Origin: a virus
Lineage: Duplodnaviria > Caudoviricetes
DNA: 64,000 nt
IMG/VR virus record: IMGVR_UViG_3300044656_000027
Span: 32,001 to 96,000 of that record
Direction: 5' to 3' (one strand)
Positions 54,428 through 63,251 of this stretch are shown here, one piece after another. The notes beneath the pieces are model-generated. The model had not been told where the DNA came from, made no database searches, and saw nothing but the letters and a program-made list of their open reading frames with translations. Within the stretch, counting starts at the first letter, position 1. Every line of letters starts with the position of its first letter. The position numbers and the translations under genes were made by a program.

Positions 54428-54956
54428 TACGCCAATAATGCTATTAGACGTTGACGGACCACTTAATCCTTATGCGGCTAAGGCAAATAAGCGTCCAGAG
54501 GGCTATACAGTCCATAGAATGACTCCAACCGGCTGGGAAGACAATCCTTTGCACGTTTGGCTCAATCATTCAATGGGTGCGCAGCTAAAAAGCCTTGGAT
54601 ATGAGATTATTTGGGCTACAACTTGGGCTAAGGATGCCAACGAGTGGATTTCTCCGCACATTGGCCTTCCTACGGACCTAGAGTGCATCGAATGGGGTCC
54701 ACATGGAGCAGAGATCGAGCAACCGGGTCTTAGAAAGCTCTATTGGAAGACTCCGCAGATCGCAGCCTGGATGCATGAGCATTATCCGGATCGTCCGTTC
54801 ATTTGGGTGGATGATGAGGCTTTCAAGAAGGATGAGAAATATTTGAAGTCAAAGCTAGGCCAGCCTTTGAAGGTTTTCACCATTAATCCTGCAAAGGGCA
54901 TTGATGATGACGATTTAAAGGACTTCAAGGACTGGAAGGACGATTTGGGTGGCTAG
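54417..54956 (+). CDS. HAD-family phosphatase (Swiss-army-knife RNA-repair-like HAD)
   Basis: LLDVDGPLNP, IIWATTW, WK, FIWVDD. Confidence 0.82.
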   Translation: MAGNTPIMLLDVDGPLNPYAAKANKRPEGYTVHRMTPTGWEDNPLHVWLNHSMGAQLKSLGYEIIWATTWAKDANEWISPHIGLPTDLECIEWGPHGAEIEQPGLRKLYWKTPQIAAWMHEHYPDRPFIWVDDEAFKKDEKYLKSKLGQPLKVFTINPAKGIDDDDLKDFKDWKDDLGG

Positions 54957-55140
54957 ATTCAGTGAGGAGGAGGTATTTACCCTCCTCCTTCTGGTTAATT
55001 ACGAGAAGAATCAGGTTTTGGACAACTCTCGGGAAGCTTACGTGCCTGAATATGTTGGCCATTTGACTAATCTCGGTGAAAAGTTGAACAGATATTACGA
55101 TAAGCACTATCCAGAGGACGAATACGATGGCGGACATTGA
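54949..55140 (+). CDS. hypothetical protein
   Basis: Coupled ORF. Confidence 0.6.
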   Translation: MARFSEEEVFTLLLLVNYEKNQVLDNSREAYVPEYVGHLTNLGEKLNRYYDKHYPEDEYDGGH

Positions 55141-55315
55141 CAGAAGAGCCTTTAGAAGTTTCACTTACCGCAAATGTCGTGCGGAATGGGACGCTGAGAA
55201 GGGTTTGTGGGTTACAGCAGACCCAAATGGCCATCATTTGATCAGTTCTTCTGACAAAGACGGCATTAAGAGTTATCTCGATGATTATTTGGAGGTATAT
55301 TATGAGCTTGTTTAA
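55127..55315 (+). CDS. small beta-beta-beta-alpha protein, paralog A
   Basis: FTYRK...W.....W.....G....S...GIKSYLD. Confidence 0.65.
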   Translation: MADIDRRAFRSFTYRKCRAEWDAEKGLWVTADPNGHHLISSSDKDGIKSYLDDYLEVYYELV

Positions 55316-55466
55316 CAAGGACGCGTTTAACTACAAGGGTTATAGCATTTACAAGGACCCTGAGAACGGTAAATGGATAATCCGTAAGGGTGGCCGCTAT
55401 GGTGTAAACGTCGATCAGGCGGATAGTAAGGACCAGGCCAAGCGTATTGTGGATAACTTGACGTAA
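55302..55466 (+). CDS. small beta-beta-beta-alpha protein, paralog B
   Basis: FNYKGYSI.....GKW....G....ADS..QAKRIVD; GGAGG RBS. Confidence 0.7.
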   Translation: MSLFNKDAFNYKGYSIYKDPENGKWIIRKGGRYGVNVDQADSKDQAKRIVDNLT

Positions 55467-55500
55467 ATTGGACTTATAAATCAAAGGATCGGAAGAGGCA

Positions 55501-55668
55501 ATGAGAAAGCCGGATATCCATTACAGAGGTTTTACTATGTCGTGGAACGAATATCAAGGTTACTGGGCTATCTATAAGGATGGCGAGAGTATGTCCTGGA
55601 AGTCAAAGCCTAATGAAGCTGACGCCAAGAGGGCAATCGATAAGTATTTGAAGGGTGAAGACGACTGA
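55501..55668 (+). CDS. small beta-beta-beta-alpha protein, paralog C
   Basis: Not in track: MRKPDIHYRGFTMSWNEYQGYWAIYKDG...DAKRAIDKYLKGEDD; TGATG-coupled to next gene. Confidence 0.7.
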   Translation: MRKPDIHYRGFTMSWNEYQGYWAIYKDGESMSWKSKPNEADAKRAIDKYLKGEDD

Positions 55669-56276
55669 TGAAGTATTTTATTGACACCGAGTTCCTTGAG
55701 AACGGCATTACTATTAAGCCGATCTCTATTGGAATCGTCCGAGAGGACGGCGAAGAGTATTATGCCGTTAATTCAGACCTTAGTTTGATGGAAAGAGCCT
55801 ATGAACACCCATGGCTCAATAAGAATGTCCTGTGTCATCTTCCGCTTTTCGTGGATTATGATGGTGATCTGGTCTGGGATCAGTCCCACGAGGACTTCAA
55901 GAACGTAAAGTCTCTTGCACAGATCGCGGATGATGTGAAGTATTTCATTAGCCAGGACGCTCAGCCAGAGCTCTGGTACTACTATGGTGCTTATGCCCAC
56001 GTTGTTCTTGCCCAGTTGTTCGGGACTATGGTACATATGCCTATGGGTATCCCACAGTGGGGACATGAGCTGATGCAGGAGATTGAGAAGGAGCGTGGAT
56101 TCACCCCCAAGGCGCAGCTTGAAGGGGCTCACAACGCTCTAGCAGACGCTCGGTGGACCAAGAGCGTATATGACGACATTGAGCACCGGAGAATGGCTTC
56201 TGCGGTCATGGGTGGAAAGGCTCTTCCTATTCCTGCTTTTCCAACCGCAAACCCCGGAAGAACACGAATGTGGTAG
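55668..56276 (+). CDS. DEDDh 3'-5' exoribonuclease (Rv2179c/DUF5051-like)
   Basis: FIDTEF...ISIGIV.EDG.EYYAV...QLFG.M..P...HNALADARW. Confidence 0.85.
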   Translation: MKYFIDTEFLENGITIKPISIGIVREDGEEYYAVNSDLSLMERAYEHPWLNKNVLCHLPLFVDYDGDLVWDQSHEDFKNVKSLAQIADDVKYFISQDAQPELWYYYGAYAHVVLAQLFGTMVHMPMGIPQWGHELMQEIEKERGFTPKAQLEGAHNALADARWTKSVYDDIEHRRMASAVMGGKALPIPAFPTANPGRTRMW

Positions 56277-56464
56277 ACGAAATAGAAGAGGAAAACATGG
56301 GTTACAAGGACAAAGGTAGACCTGAGCGTCTACAAGGTAAAGCTAATCCAAAGAAGGTCATGGTGGCGTGTAACCAGTGTATTCAGGGTTACCACGACGA
56401 ATGTCTGGGACTGGCAGCCAACTATGAGCTAAAGTGTCTGTGCGCATGGAATAAGCATAAGTAA
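56270..56464 (+). CDS. small Cys-rich protein
   Basis: C..C...H..C....C.C. Confidence 0.6.
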   Translation: MVDEIEEENMGYKDKGRPERLQGKANPKKVMVACNQCIQGYHDECLGLAANYELKCLCAWNKHK

Positions 56465-56721
56465 TGTACATAAAGCGAACAGTGAAAAACTGGCTGCTCG
56501 GGGGAACCGTTTGTAGAAACTGCTGGCGGTTCCCTTTCGCTTGTACACATATGCCCTGGACTAGAAAGCAGCGTAAAGAAATAACAGCCAAAGTAGCTAA
56601 AGATGGTCCTATGTTTCTCAGGGATGAGAATGGGCAGGCTTATCACAACCCTGCTTGGTTTTATGGAGATGATAGCCCTATTAAAGTTAGAAAGATGAGG
56701 AAACGTGAGCTGGGTGAATAA
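56464..56721 (+). CDS. hypothetical protein
   Basis: TAATG-coupled ORF. Confidence 0.6.
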   Translation: MYIKRTVKNWLLGGTVCRNCWRFPFACTHMPWTRKQRKEITAKVAKDGPMFLRDENGQAYHNPAWFYGDDSPIKVRKMRKRELGE

Positions 56722-57034
56722 CGCTGTAGTCTTCTACGGTATGGAAGAGAAGTACCGCATGGAAGAGGTCAATGACTATCTCCTTGAGCACGACCACAGA
56801 CAGCAGCAATTCCGTATGGGCGACGACTGGTACGGCGGAGTCAAGTTCATGGAAGGCCACGTGTGGGGAGCAGCATTCAACTATGTCAGCTTCGATACGG
56901 TTATGGAAGCCCTCCAAAGTGCCAAGTGGAGATATCCAGAGAAGGTCATTCTCGTCTGGAAGGGTCAAGATGACTTTGAGTGGCGCGTATATAAACTCGG
57001 AGACGAAGAGATCGTGGAAGAGTATTGGAGATAG
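56705..57034 (+). CDS. hypothetical protein
   Basis: GG.K.ME..VW.AAFNY...W.YPE.V motif. Confidence 0.7.
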   Translation: MSWVNNAVVFYGMEEKYRMEEVNDYLLEHDHRQQQFRMGDDWYGGVKFMEGHVWGAAFNYVSFDTVMEALQSAKWRYPEKVILVWKGQDDFEWRVYKLGDEEIVEEYWR

Positions 57035-57327
57035 TTATGTGCGGATTATGCAGTGACTATGTAGACTCCTGTGAGATCTGTAAAGAGCTAAGGCAGTCCA
57101 AGAGAAATGTAAACTTTTATATCTTAGATAACTTTTGTGATCATCTCGCTGAGAAATGGGGAACCAGAAGTGCCTCTATGTACTATCACGTACAGTACGA
57201 CCACGGCTGGGAATTCAAGGACGGTTCAGCGTACACATGTGAGGATGAGTGCCTTGAAAATGAGTGGTGGACATACGAAGAACTTGATAGGGTAATTCAG
57301 TCGATACGAAAGGAATACGAGGATTAA
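57025..57327 (+). CDS. hypothetical Cys-rich protein
   Basis: 100-aa ORF in operon. Confidence 0.6.
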   Translation: MEIVMCGLCSDYVDSCEICKELRQSKRNVNFYILDNFCDHLAEKWGTRSASMYYHVQYDHGWEFKDGSAYTCEDECLENEWWTYEELDRVIQSIRKEYED

Positions 57328-57529
57328 TGCCGGATAAGCGTGGAGAGAATCCCGTATACAAGAACTACTACACAGGGGATATAACAAGTGGGGAAGACCG
57401 ACACAGGAGAGATACGTAAAGCGGTTCGCAGAGTATCTTGACTATGAGGTAGTCTTTCTAGAGGACGGGCTCGTAACTATAACCCTTCCAAAGGCAGAAG
57501 GACGTAAATACACCTTTAAGAGGTACTAA
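57327..57529 (+). pseudogene. frameshifted small gene (one base short near codon 4)
   Basis: TAATG couplings at both ends; 203-nt span; long open frame AWRESRIQELL...TFKRY lacks an in-frame start. Confidence 0.5.
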
Positions 57530-57843
57530 TGGCAACTATCACATCTCTCACCAATCCCGATCTATTCCAGAACGCACAAGTACTCCCATCGGGCTTTATC
57601 TATGTACTGAGCCAGACATCCAACACCTATGCTTTCGGAATAAAGCAGCCTCTCTATCAGATCAGCATCGTCCGACAGAGCGACTCGGCGACGGTAAACG
57701 GAACTCCTTTCTATCCCTCCGATGCTTATCCAGATGCACAGACAATGATCACAGATGAATGTGATAACGTCTACGGCCCGTGGCAGACAGCATTCAACCA
57801 AGACGCAATGACAACGGCAGCAAAAGCCCTAATTGGTTTTTAA
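57529..57843 (+). CDS. hypothetical protein
   Basis: GAGG RBS, 104 aa. Confidence 0.7.
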   Translation: MATITSLTNPDLFQNAQVLPSGFIYVLSQTSNTYAFGIKQPLYQISIVRQSDSATVNGTPFYPSDAYPDAQTMITDECDNVYGPWQTAFNQDAMTTAAKALIGF

Positions 57844-57851
57844 GGAGAACT

Positions 57852-57995
57852 ATGGCTAAGAACGGCAAGGCAGAAGTAATAAACGGATGGACCATCAGTC
57901 AGTCCAATGGATACTGGCAGGCGGTAAAGAATGGCGTAGTCGGCTTTACAAGTGACAGCTACAACGTAGTAGTCGAATGGGCCAATAGAAGCTAA
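57852..57995 (+). CDS. 47-aa hypothetical protein
   Basis: AAGGAG RBS, MAKNGK... Confidence 0.65.
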   Translation: MAKNGKAEVINGWTISQSNGYWQAVKNGVVGFTSDSYNVVVEWANRS

Positions 57996-58039
57996 TAAAG
58001 AAAGACCCCCAATCCTAATCGGAAAGGGGGTCTTTCTTA
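57996..58039. terminator. bidirectional terminator between convergent genes
   Basis: AAGAAAGACCCCC...GGGGGTCTTTCTT. Confidence 0.8.
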
Positions 58040-58043
58040 TGTA

Positions 58044-58229
58044 TTACTTCGGTGGATTCAAAACGATCCAGTAACGGCGCTTGATAGAGACAACGGTAAG
58101 TGTGTATCCAAGCTTTCGGTGAGTATCAAACTTACCAGCGTTCCAAGGTCCCATGTACTTCTGCATCAGAACCTTCCAAGCCTCATCAGCACTATCAAAG
58201 GACTCCAACCCTACTTGTTCTTTCTTCAC
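58044..58229 (-). CDS. hypothetical protein
   Basis: GGAGGAG RBS, GTG start, ends at terminator. Confidence 0.65.
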   Translation of the reverse strand: MKKEQVGLESFDSADEAWKVLMQKYMGPWNAGKFDTHRKLGYTLTVVSIKRRYWIVLNPPK

Positions 58230-58270
58230 GTTGCTCCTCCCCTAGTTGGTGGTACGAGTCTACATGACCT

Positions 58271-58398
58271 CCGATACTGCGTCAAGTCCCCGGATACTGT
58301 ACTACGTAAAAATCATGAAGTCCATTCGTTTTACCGATACTGCTTCCAAATTAAAGATACTGTACTACGCGAAAAGTTGTAACTCTATTCGTTTTATC
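58271..58398. repeat. two imperfect 63-bp tandem units, each with two GATACTG boxes
   Basis: GATACTG at 58273, 58293, 58336, 58356; shared GATACTGTACTACG and ATTCGTTTTA. Confidence 0.75.
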
Positions 58399-58885
58399 AG
58401 GGGCCCCTTCCTACGTGCTCGAATCTTTTAAAGGTAGGGGGGTCTGTATTTCAACGAACTAACAACGGAATTCGTTGTCCTTCTCTAGGCCAACTAAACG
58501 AAATCCGCATAGTTAGGGCACATATTAGAGGGAATTAGTGGTGAATAGGCTCTGGAGTGCAATTACACACCATATTCGGGCATGAATAGGGGGATACTGC
58601 AATTCGTGGGCTATGTAGGGATCTATTCGTGTTGCCTGATATAGGACCAGGGGGAGGCTTAGATCAGTTGGTGCTCTGTATGTCAATCCATACTCATGGG
58701 TAATATAGAGCAGCACTCACAGTGATAACGGACATATGGTCTGGTATGGCGTCTATGGTGCATGGGTGTGAGTTGACATGTCATCCATGGGCAACCATTG
58801 CAGGTCAGAGGGCATACCAGTAGTGGTCTAGACAACATGGTCTGAGATTGGTCTAGTGGTCTATACCTCTACGGAGAGTGAAAAT

Positions 58886-58967
58886 CCTCTGTAAGCCACG
58901 ATCTCCCCTGTGTTGGATAGGGAGGACCAGAGAGGCTAAACGATCTCATTAGAGAGCCGTACAGAGC
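58886..58967. repeat. intergenic element related to 60214/61911/62546 repeats
   Basis: CTCTGTA...ACGATCTCATTAGAGAGCCGTACAGAG with inverted ends. Confidence 0.5.
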
Positions 58968-59241
58968 TTTTTGACGTATCTCTGTAGTGTGTGTTATACG
59001 CGTGTGCGTGTGTATGTTGAGCCCGTAGGTGTCATCCATGCTTCCCCCGCCGATTCCCTTCCCCCGCCTTCCCCGCTTGGGTGCCCGCCTGTGCGTTGGG
59101 CGCGCGGTTATCTCATGTGCCATGAGCCTGTGTCAAGAGAGTAGGACTGTCTTTTATGTCACACGAGAAATGGCGTTTGGAGTGTCAGGCATAGGGCAGG
59201 ATGGAGGCACAACGACAGAGCAACGCGAGAGGGCAGGGATC

Positions 59242-60216
59242 ATGATCAACGCGCTTGAGATGATGCAGACCACGCTTCCCGTTCAGTTCAACCGTTCCAA
59301 GATCATCCACGCTGGCACGGGTGAGGATGGCCACACGCTCTGTGGCCGTTCGGGAGGTTGGCAGGGGGGCTACTACGGTGAGCCCGTGATGATCACGTGC
59401 AAGCGTTGCCTTTCCATCAGTGAGCGTGTGGCGCGTGAGGCCAACACTGGGGAGATGATCAAGGAGTCTGACGCGCGTATCGCTGACGCCACACGTGGTG
59501 AGGTGACCGCTCCTAGCGTCGTCATGGACGTTGCCCCATGGGATGGTGAGAACGGTCCCGATCTTGCCAACCTGGATGAGTTCCCGCGTGACTGCTACTT
59601 CGGCGACACGGCCGATGTGGTGGGAGTGTTCTTCGACTACGTGGGGAACGTGGAGGGTGTCTGTGCTCGCCATGCCGCACTGGTTCAGCGTCCCGTGACC
59701 ATGTTCCCCGAGGACGCGGGTTTTCACGAGACAGATGTCTATGACCACATTCCGTTTGGCCGCATGCAGGTGGCTACCGTCTTCACTGAGTTCGCGGGTG
59801 AGCCTGTGAACCCTGACTTTCGTCAGCTTCGCCCGTTCAAGCCGATTCCGGGCATGTCGGATGAGTCCTCGTTCCACGCGGTCATTGACATGGCGCGTGC
59901 TGGTGAGTGCAACGCGTACCGCCTGCCCGATGGCACATGGGTGCTGGCTCATGTCACGGGTGAGGGTGAGGTGTTGGCGTGCTGGCTGATCGGTGACGCT
60001 CCCTTGGCTCCCTACGTCGTAGAGGGACGCGTCATGATCAAGATCCCCGGACTCAAGGGGGTTGAGCTTGACGAAGGGACGGAACAGTTCGTCATCACGC
60101 CTGGTTACTCGGACCTCTCGGACTGCGCGCACATGACCTCTATTAAGCGGTACGGGCGACGTAACCCGAACGTTCGCGTCACTCATCTCCGGTACATCGG
60201 TCTGTTGAACCGCTAG
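59242..60216 (+). CDS. hypothetical multi-module protein with Zn-finger-like motif
   Basis: GC-rich coding; H...TLCG...TCKRC; start refined to MINALE. Confidence 0.7.
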   Translation: MINALEMMQTTLPVQFNRSKIIHAGTGEDGHTLCGRSGGWQGGYYGEPVMITCKRCLSISERVAREANTGEMIKESDARIADATRGEVTAPSVVMDVAPWDGENGPDLANLDEFPRDCYFGDTADVVGVFFDYVGNVEGVCARHAALVQRPVTMFPEDAGFHETDVYDHIPFGRMQVATVFTEFAGEPVNPDFRQLRPFKPIPGMSDESSFHAVIDMARAGECNAYRLPDGTWVLAHVTGEGEVLACWLIGDAPLAPYVVEGRVMIKIPGLKGVELDEGTEQFVITPGYSDLSDCAHMTSIKRYGRRNPNVRVTHLRYIGLLNR

Positions 60217-60314
60217 GAAGCCCTGTAAGGGGGTATAGAGCGTCTGTACCCCCTTCCTAGGTCATAGTTATCCAACCAACCTGAATGATCTTGTCTGAGA
60301 GGCTTACAGCCATG
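60214..60314 (+). repeat. conserved intergenic element copy A
   Basis: TAGGAAGC..GGGGGT hairpin..CCTAGG..TCCAACCA..TGAA.GATCTTGT..GAGAGGC.TACAGCCATG. Confidence 0.75.
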
Positions 60315-60803
60315 CGCTCTGTCTACGCCTACACGTCCCACACGTACACGCTCACCTACGTCACTGAGTCAAGGAAGGTGTTTGAGTACACCAACATGAG
60401 CCGTTCGTGGGTGGCAGACCGACTCAAGATCGTTAAGGCCATGATTGAAGAGGGTTACGTCACTGGCTACACGCTGAACCACAAGGCCACCCACGTGGAG
60501 CCTTACGAGACTGACATCTGCTACGGCTGCAAGGCGCGTCCGTCCCTGTGGGACATGGACTGTGACGGTCCCTACGCGACCGCTCAATGTGGCGAGTGCG
60601 ATTGGTGGGCATGCGTCAACGCGCGTGAGCTGGTGTGGTGTAAGGCCATGCTGACCGCGTGGAGGAACGGAGCGTGTGACTACGTGTCCGACACCATTTC
60701 CTACGTGTGTGCCCGTTACGTGTGGCTCACTGAGGGGCACCAACCTGCGAACGACAACTTCCGTGCTCCGAGCGTGGTTTGGGAAGTGGCTAACCGGTTC
60801 TAA
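60312..60803 (+). CDS. hypothetical Cys-containing protein
   Basis: Start MRSVY after GAGAGG RBS in the repeat. Confidence 0.7.
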   Translation: MRSVYAYTSHTYTLTYVTESRKVFEYTNMSRSWVADRLKIVKAMIEEGYVTGYTLNHKATHVEPYETDICYGCKARPSLWDMDCDGPYATAQCGECDWWACVNARELVWCKAMLTAWRNGACDYVSDTISYVCARYVWLTEGHQPANDNFRAPSVVWEVANRF

Positions 60804-60884
60804 CCATCTTCTTACCGTGTGGGGGTCTTGACACTGAGACCCCCACATAAGAGGGTGTGAACGTTGGCAGTCACGAGAGGGGAA

Positions 60885-61913
60885 ATGATCATGATCACTG
60901 GAGCTCGCAAGGGTGGCGCAGTTCGCCACTACGCGCACAGTGCAGACGCGCACAGCCTGTGCGGCCGGTACATGATCCCTGGCATGGGTGAGGCTCTTCG
61001 TGACTGCCGTTCGTGCGTGCGTATCGGCAAGCTTGTTGGACAGGGTGCCAACGATCTTGAGCTGTTGGCCGCTACTCGTTACAACGGCAACGTTGCTCAC
61101 GTGCGTGAGGTAATCGCTAAGCCGCTCACGTCCTCCCGTCGCTCGTTCCTTCGTGAGATCTTGCGAGACACGTCCGGTGACCTTGACCCCGCTTGCCGTG
61201 CGCTTTACATCCTGTGGCTTGAGTACGCGCCGAATGCCGGTATCGACGCGGGCATGTACGCGGACCCTAAGCGTGTCTCTCGCTCTAACCCGAATGCGGG
61301 AATGATCGATCCGAAGAACGCTCGTCCGGCGCGTTCCATTCTCACGGACAATCAGCGCAACGCGCTCATCCGCATGAGCAACTTTGAGAATTCCCTCATT
61401 GCGCAGATTCGAGAGGCAGAGGGCAACGAGATTCCGGAGTTGTCTCCGGTCGGGGATGAGTTCTTCGCAAAGCTCGCCAATCGCACTGAGATTGACAAGG
61501 CTTTCACCACGATTTCCGCGAGCATTGACAAGCTCAAGGCGCGGTTGTCTGAGGTGAAGCGCGCCGCTCGTGTGGCCGCACCTGTTGCCCCTAAGGCTGC
61601 ATTCAAGGCAGGCGAAATGGTCAAGGGTGGCGTTTACGAAATGGATGGTGAGCTTTACCGCTACGCCATTGCACAGCGCTCCGGTTACGCCTACGCACTC
61701 AAGTGGAATGGCAGTGAATGGGATTACGACAGTGCGCGTGGCATTGTCCGCAAGCTCACTCCCGAAATGGCTATCAGTGCGGAGCGCGCTAAGGAATTTG
61801 GCCACACGCACCACTGCTGTGTCTTCTGCTCTCGCCCGCTGAACGACCCGCGTAGCGAGGATGCCGGTTACGGCTCCACCTGTGCGGACAACTATGGTCT
61901 TCCTTGGGGCTAG
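60885..61913 (+). CDS. DUF6011-type C-terminal Zn-finger protein
   Basis: C..C.RPL.D..S...GYG..CA; N-terminal H...SLCG...C..C. Confidence 0.75.
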   Translation: MIMITGARKGGAVRHYAHSADAHSLCGRYMIPGMGEALRDCRSCVRIGKLVGQGANDLELLAATRYNGNVAHVREVIAKPLTSSRRSFLREILRDTSGDLDPACRALYILWLEYAPNAGIDAGMYADPKRVSRSNPNAGMIDPKNARPARSILTDNQRNALIRMSNFENSLIAQIREAEGNEIPELSPVGDEFFAKLANRTEIDKAFTTISASIDKLKARLSEVKRAARVAAPVAPKAAFKAGEMVKGGVYEMDGELYRYAIAQRSGYAYALKWNGSEWDYDSARGIVRKLTPEMAISAERAKEFGHTHHCCVFCSRPLNDPRSEDAGYGSTCADNYGLPWG

Positions 61914-62011
61914 GAAGCTCTCCAGGGGGTCTAGGACACGCTTAGACCCCCTGCCCTAGGCAGTCAGTCCAACCACCATGAACGATCTTGTTAGAGAGGC
62001 ATACAGCCATG
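61911..62011 (+). repeat. conserved intergenic element copy B
   Basis: Collinear with copy A over about 100 bp. Confidence 0.75.
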
Positions 62012-62548
62012 ATCAACATTCTTGACGCTGCGATCACTGAGGCTCAGGACCGTGCACGGGAGGCTCAACGCGCAGCGCTTGGCAGTAGCAGTCTCATTCT
62101 GCGAGAGGCACGAGACCGCGCAGAGGATGAGTTTCACGCGCTGCTCACCTGCGCGGGTTACACCTTCCCGCACACGGACGCAGACGACAACGACGTGATG
62201 GTGTGGGACTACCACATGCGCGGAGTGTGGAGCTTCACTATCAACGACGCTCAGGCGTACGTCAGTTGGAACGGCTCAGGTCTGTGGTCATACGTGATCA
62301 TTGACATTTCCGCGCCTGGCACGCTCATGCGTGATGAGATCATGGAAATCGGGGAGCGTGTTGGTGATGGTTTGCTGCCCAGTTGGGCGCGTGGTCCTCT
62401 CGGGATTATCGCGTACAAAGCGGCTGACCATGACATGAGCATTGCCCAGGCCAACGAGGGTGAGCCGTACGAGGATTACGATGCGGTTGACGTGTCGTAT
62501 GACTACGACGATTACGACTTGCCGGACACGGGTTACTACGGCTACTAG
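62009..62548 (+). CDS. hypothetical protein
   Basis: Start MINIL after repeat RBS; acidic tail. Confidence 0.7.
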   Translation: MINILDAAITEAQDRAREAQRAALGSSSLILREARDRAEDEFHALLTCAGYTFPHTDADDNDVMVWDYHMRGVWSFTINDAQAYVSWNGSGLWSYVIIDISAPGTLMRDEIMEIGERVGDGLLPSWARGPLGIIAYKAADHDMSIAQANEGEPYEDYDAVDVSYDYDDYDLPDTGYYGY

Positions 62549-62651
62549 AGCCTGTCTCTTCTGGGGCACTGAGAGGCTGTGAGAGAGCCCTTCAGTACCT
62601 CAGTGGACACAGGGTCCAGACACCACAATTGATCTTGTTAGAGGTGCCATT

Positions 62652-62840
62652 ATGGAGCGTTACCAATGTCCTGGATGTGATTACGTGGTTCCGTGGCAGG
62701 GTCTTACGTGGGATCAAGAGACACAGCACGGGAAATGCCCTACCGGACATGCTGTCTGGCGTATCCGCGACACTGACCATGTGTCTGGCTATTCGTATTG
62801 GTTCCTTACCGATTTCATCATGGTCATTACGGAGGGGTAA
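62652..62840 (+). CDS. small Zn-ribbon protein
   Basis: CPGC...CPTGH; preceded by GATCTTGTTAGAGG. Confidence 0.65.
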   Translation: MERYQCPGCDYVVPWQGLTWDQETQHGKCPTGHAVWRIRDTDHVSGYSYWFLTDFIMVITEG

Positions 62841-63121
62841 TGTTCAAGAGTGCAGAACGCAAAGAGCGTAAGGCATTCTCTGACATCATCAGTGGTTTGG
62901 GAGATGTCAGAGCTACCGAGAGGTTTACTGTTCAGCTCTTCACCATAGGTGGACAGACAATGACTGTCTATGGGATGACCAGAGAGGAATTGGACAAGCT
63001 CCAAATTCTCTACGCGAATAAGAAAAAGCGTGGTATTTACTACTACGTTCTGAATAAGAAAGAGACTCAGATTGATCTGAGTATGGTTACCTCTATTCAT
63101 GCAGAATATGAGGAGAATTAG
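62840..63121 (+). CDS. hypothetical protein
   Basis: TAATG-coupled, GGAGG RBS, MFKSAE. Confidence 0.65.
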   Translation: MFKSAERKERKAFSDIISGLGDVRATERFTVQLFTIGGQTMTVYGMTREELDKLQILYANKKKRGIYYYVLNKKETQIDLSMVTSIHAEYEEN

Positions 63122-63251
63122 TAATTAATATTAAAGAGAAATAGTCACAGTAATACTAGATTATTTCTCTTTAATATTAGATATTAATTCTAATTAATAT
63201 CTATATAGTATATAAATACTAGAGGGTACACCCTGGATTGGAGTCTGTCAA
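63115..63251 (-). promoter_or_regulatory. AT-rich island with two inverted repeats and an antisense TTGACA-N17-TACCCT promoter
   Basis: AATATTAAAGAGAAATA/TATTTCTCTTTAATATT; GATATTAATT/AATTAATATC. Confidence 0.55.

Noticed and set aside
58271-58398. CRISPR array
   Set aside because: Only two imperfect units, no unique spacers, no cas genes
59185-61814. Long minus-strand ORFs (333 and 481 aa)
   Set aside because: Antisense shadows of GC-rich plus-strand genes that have RBSs and recognisable motifs
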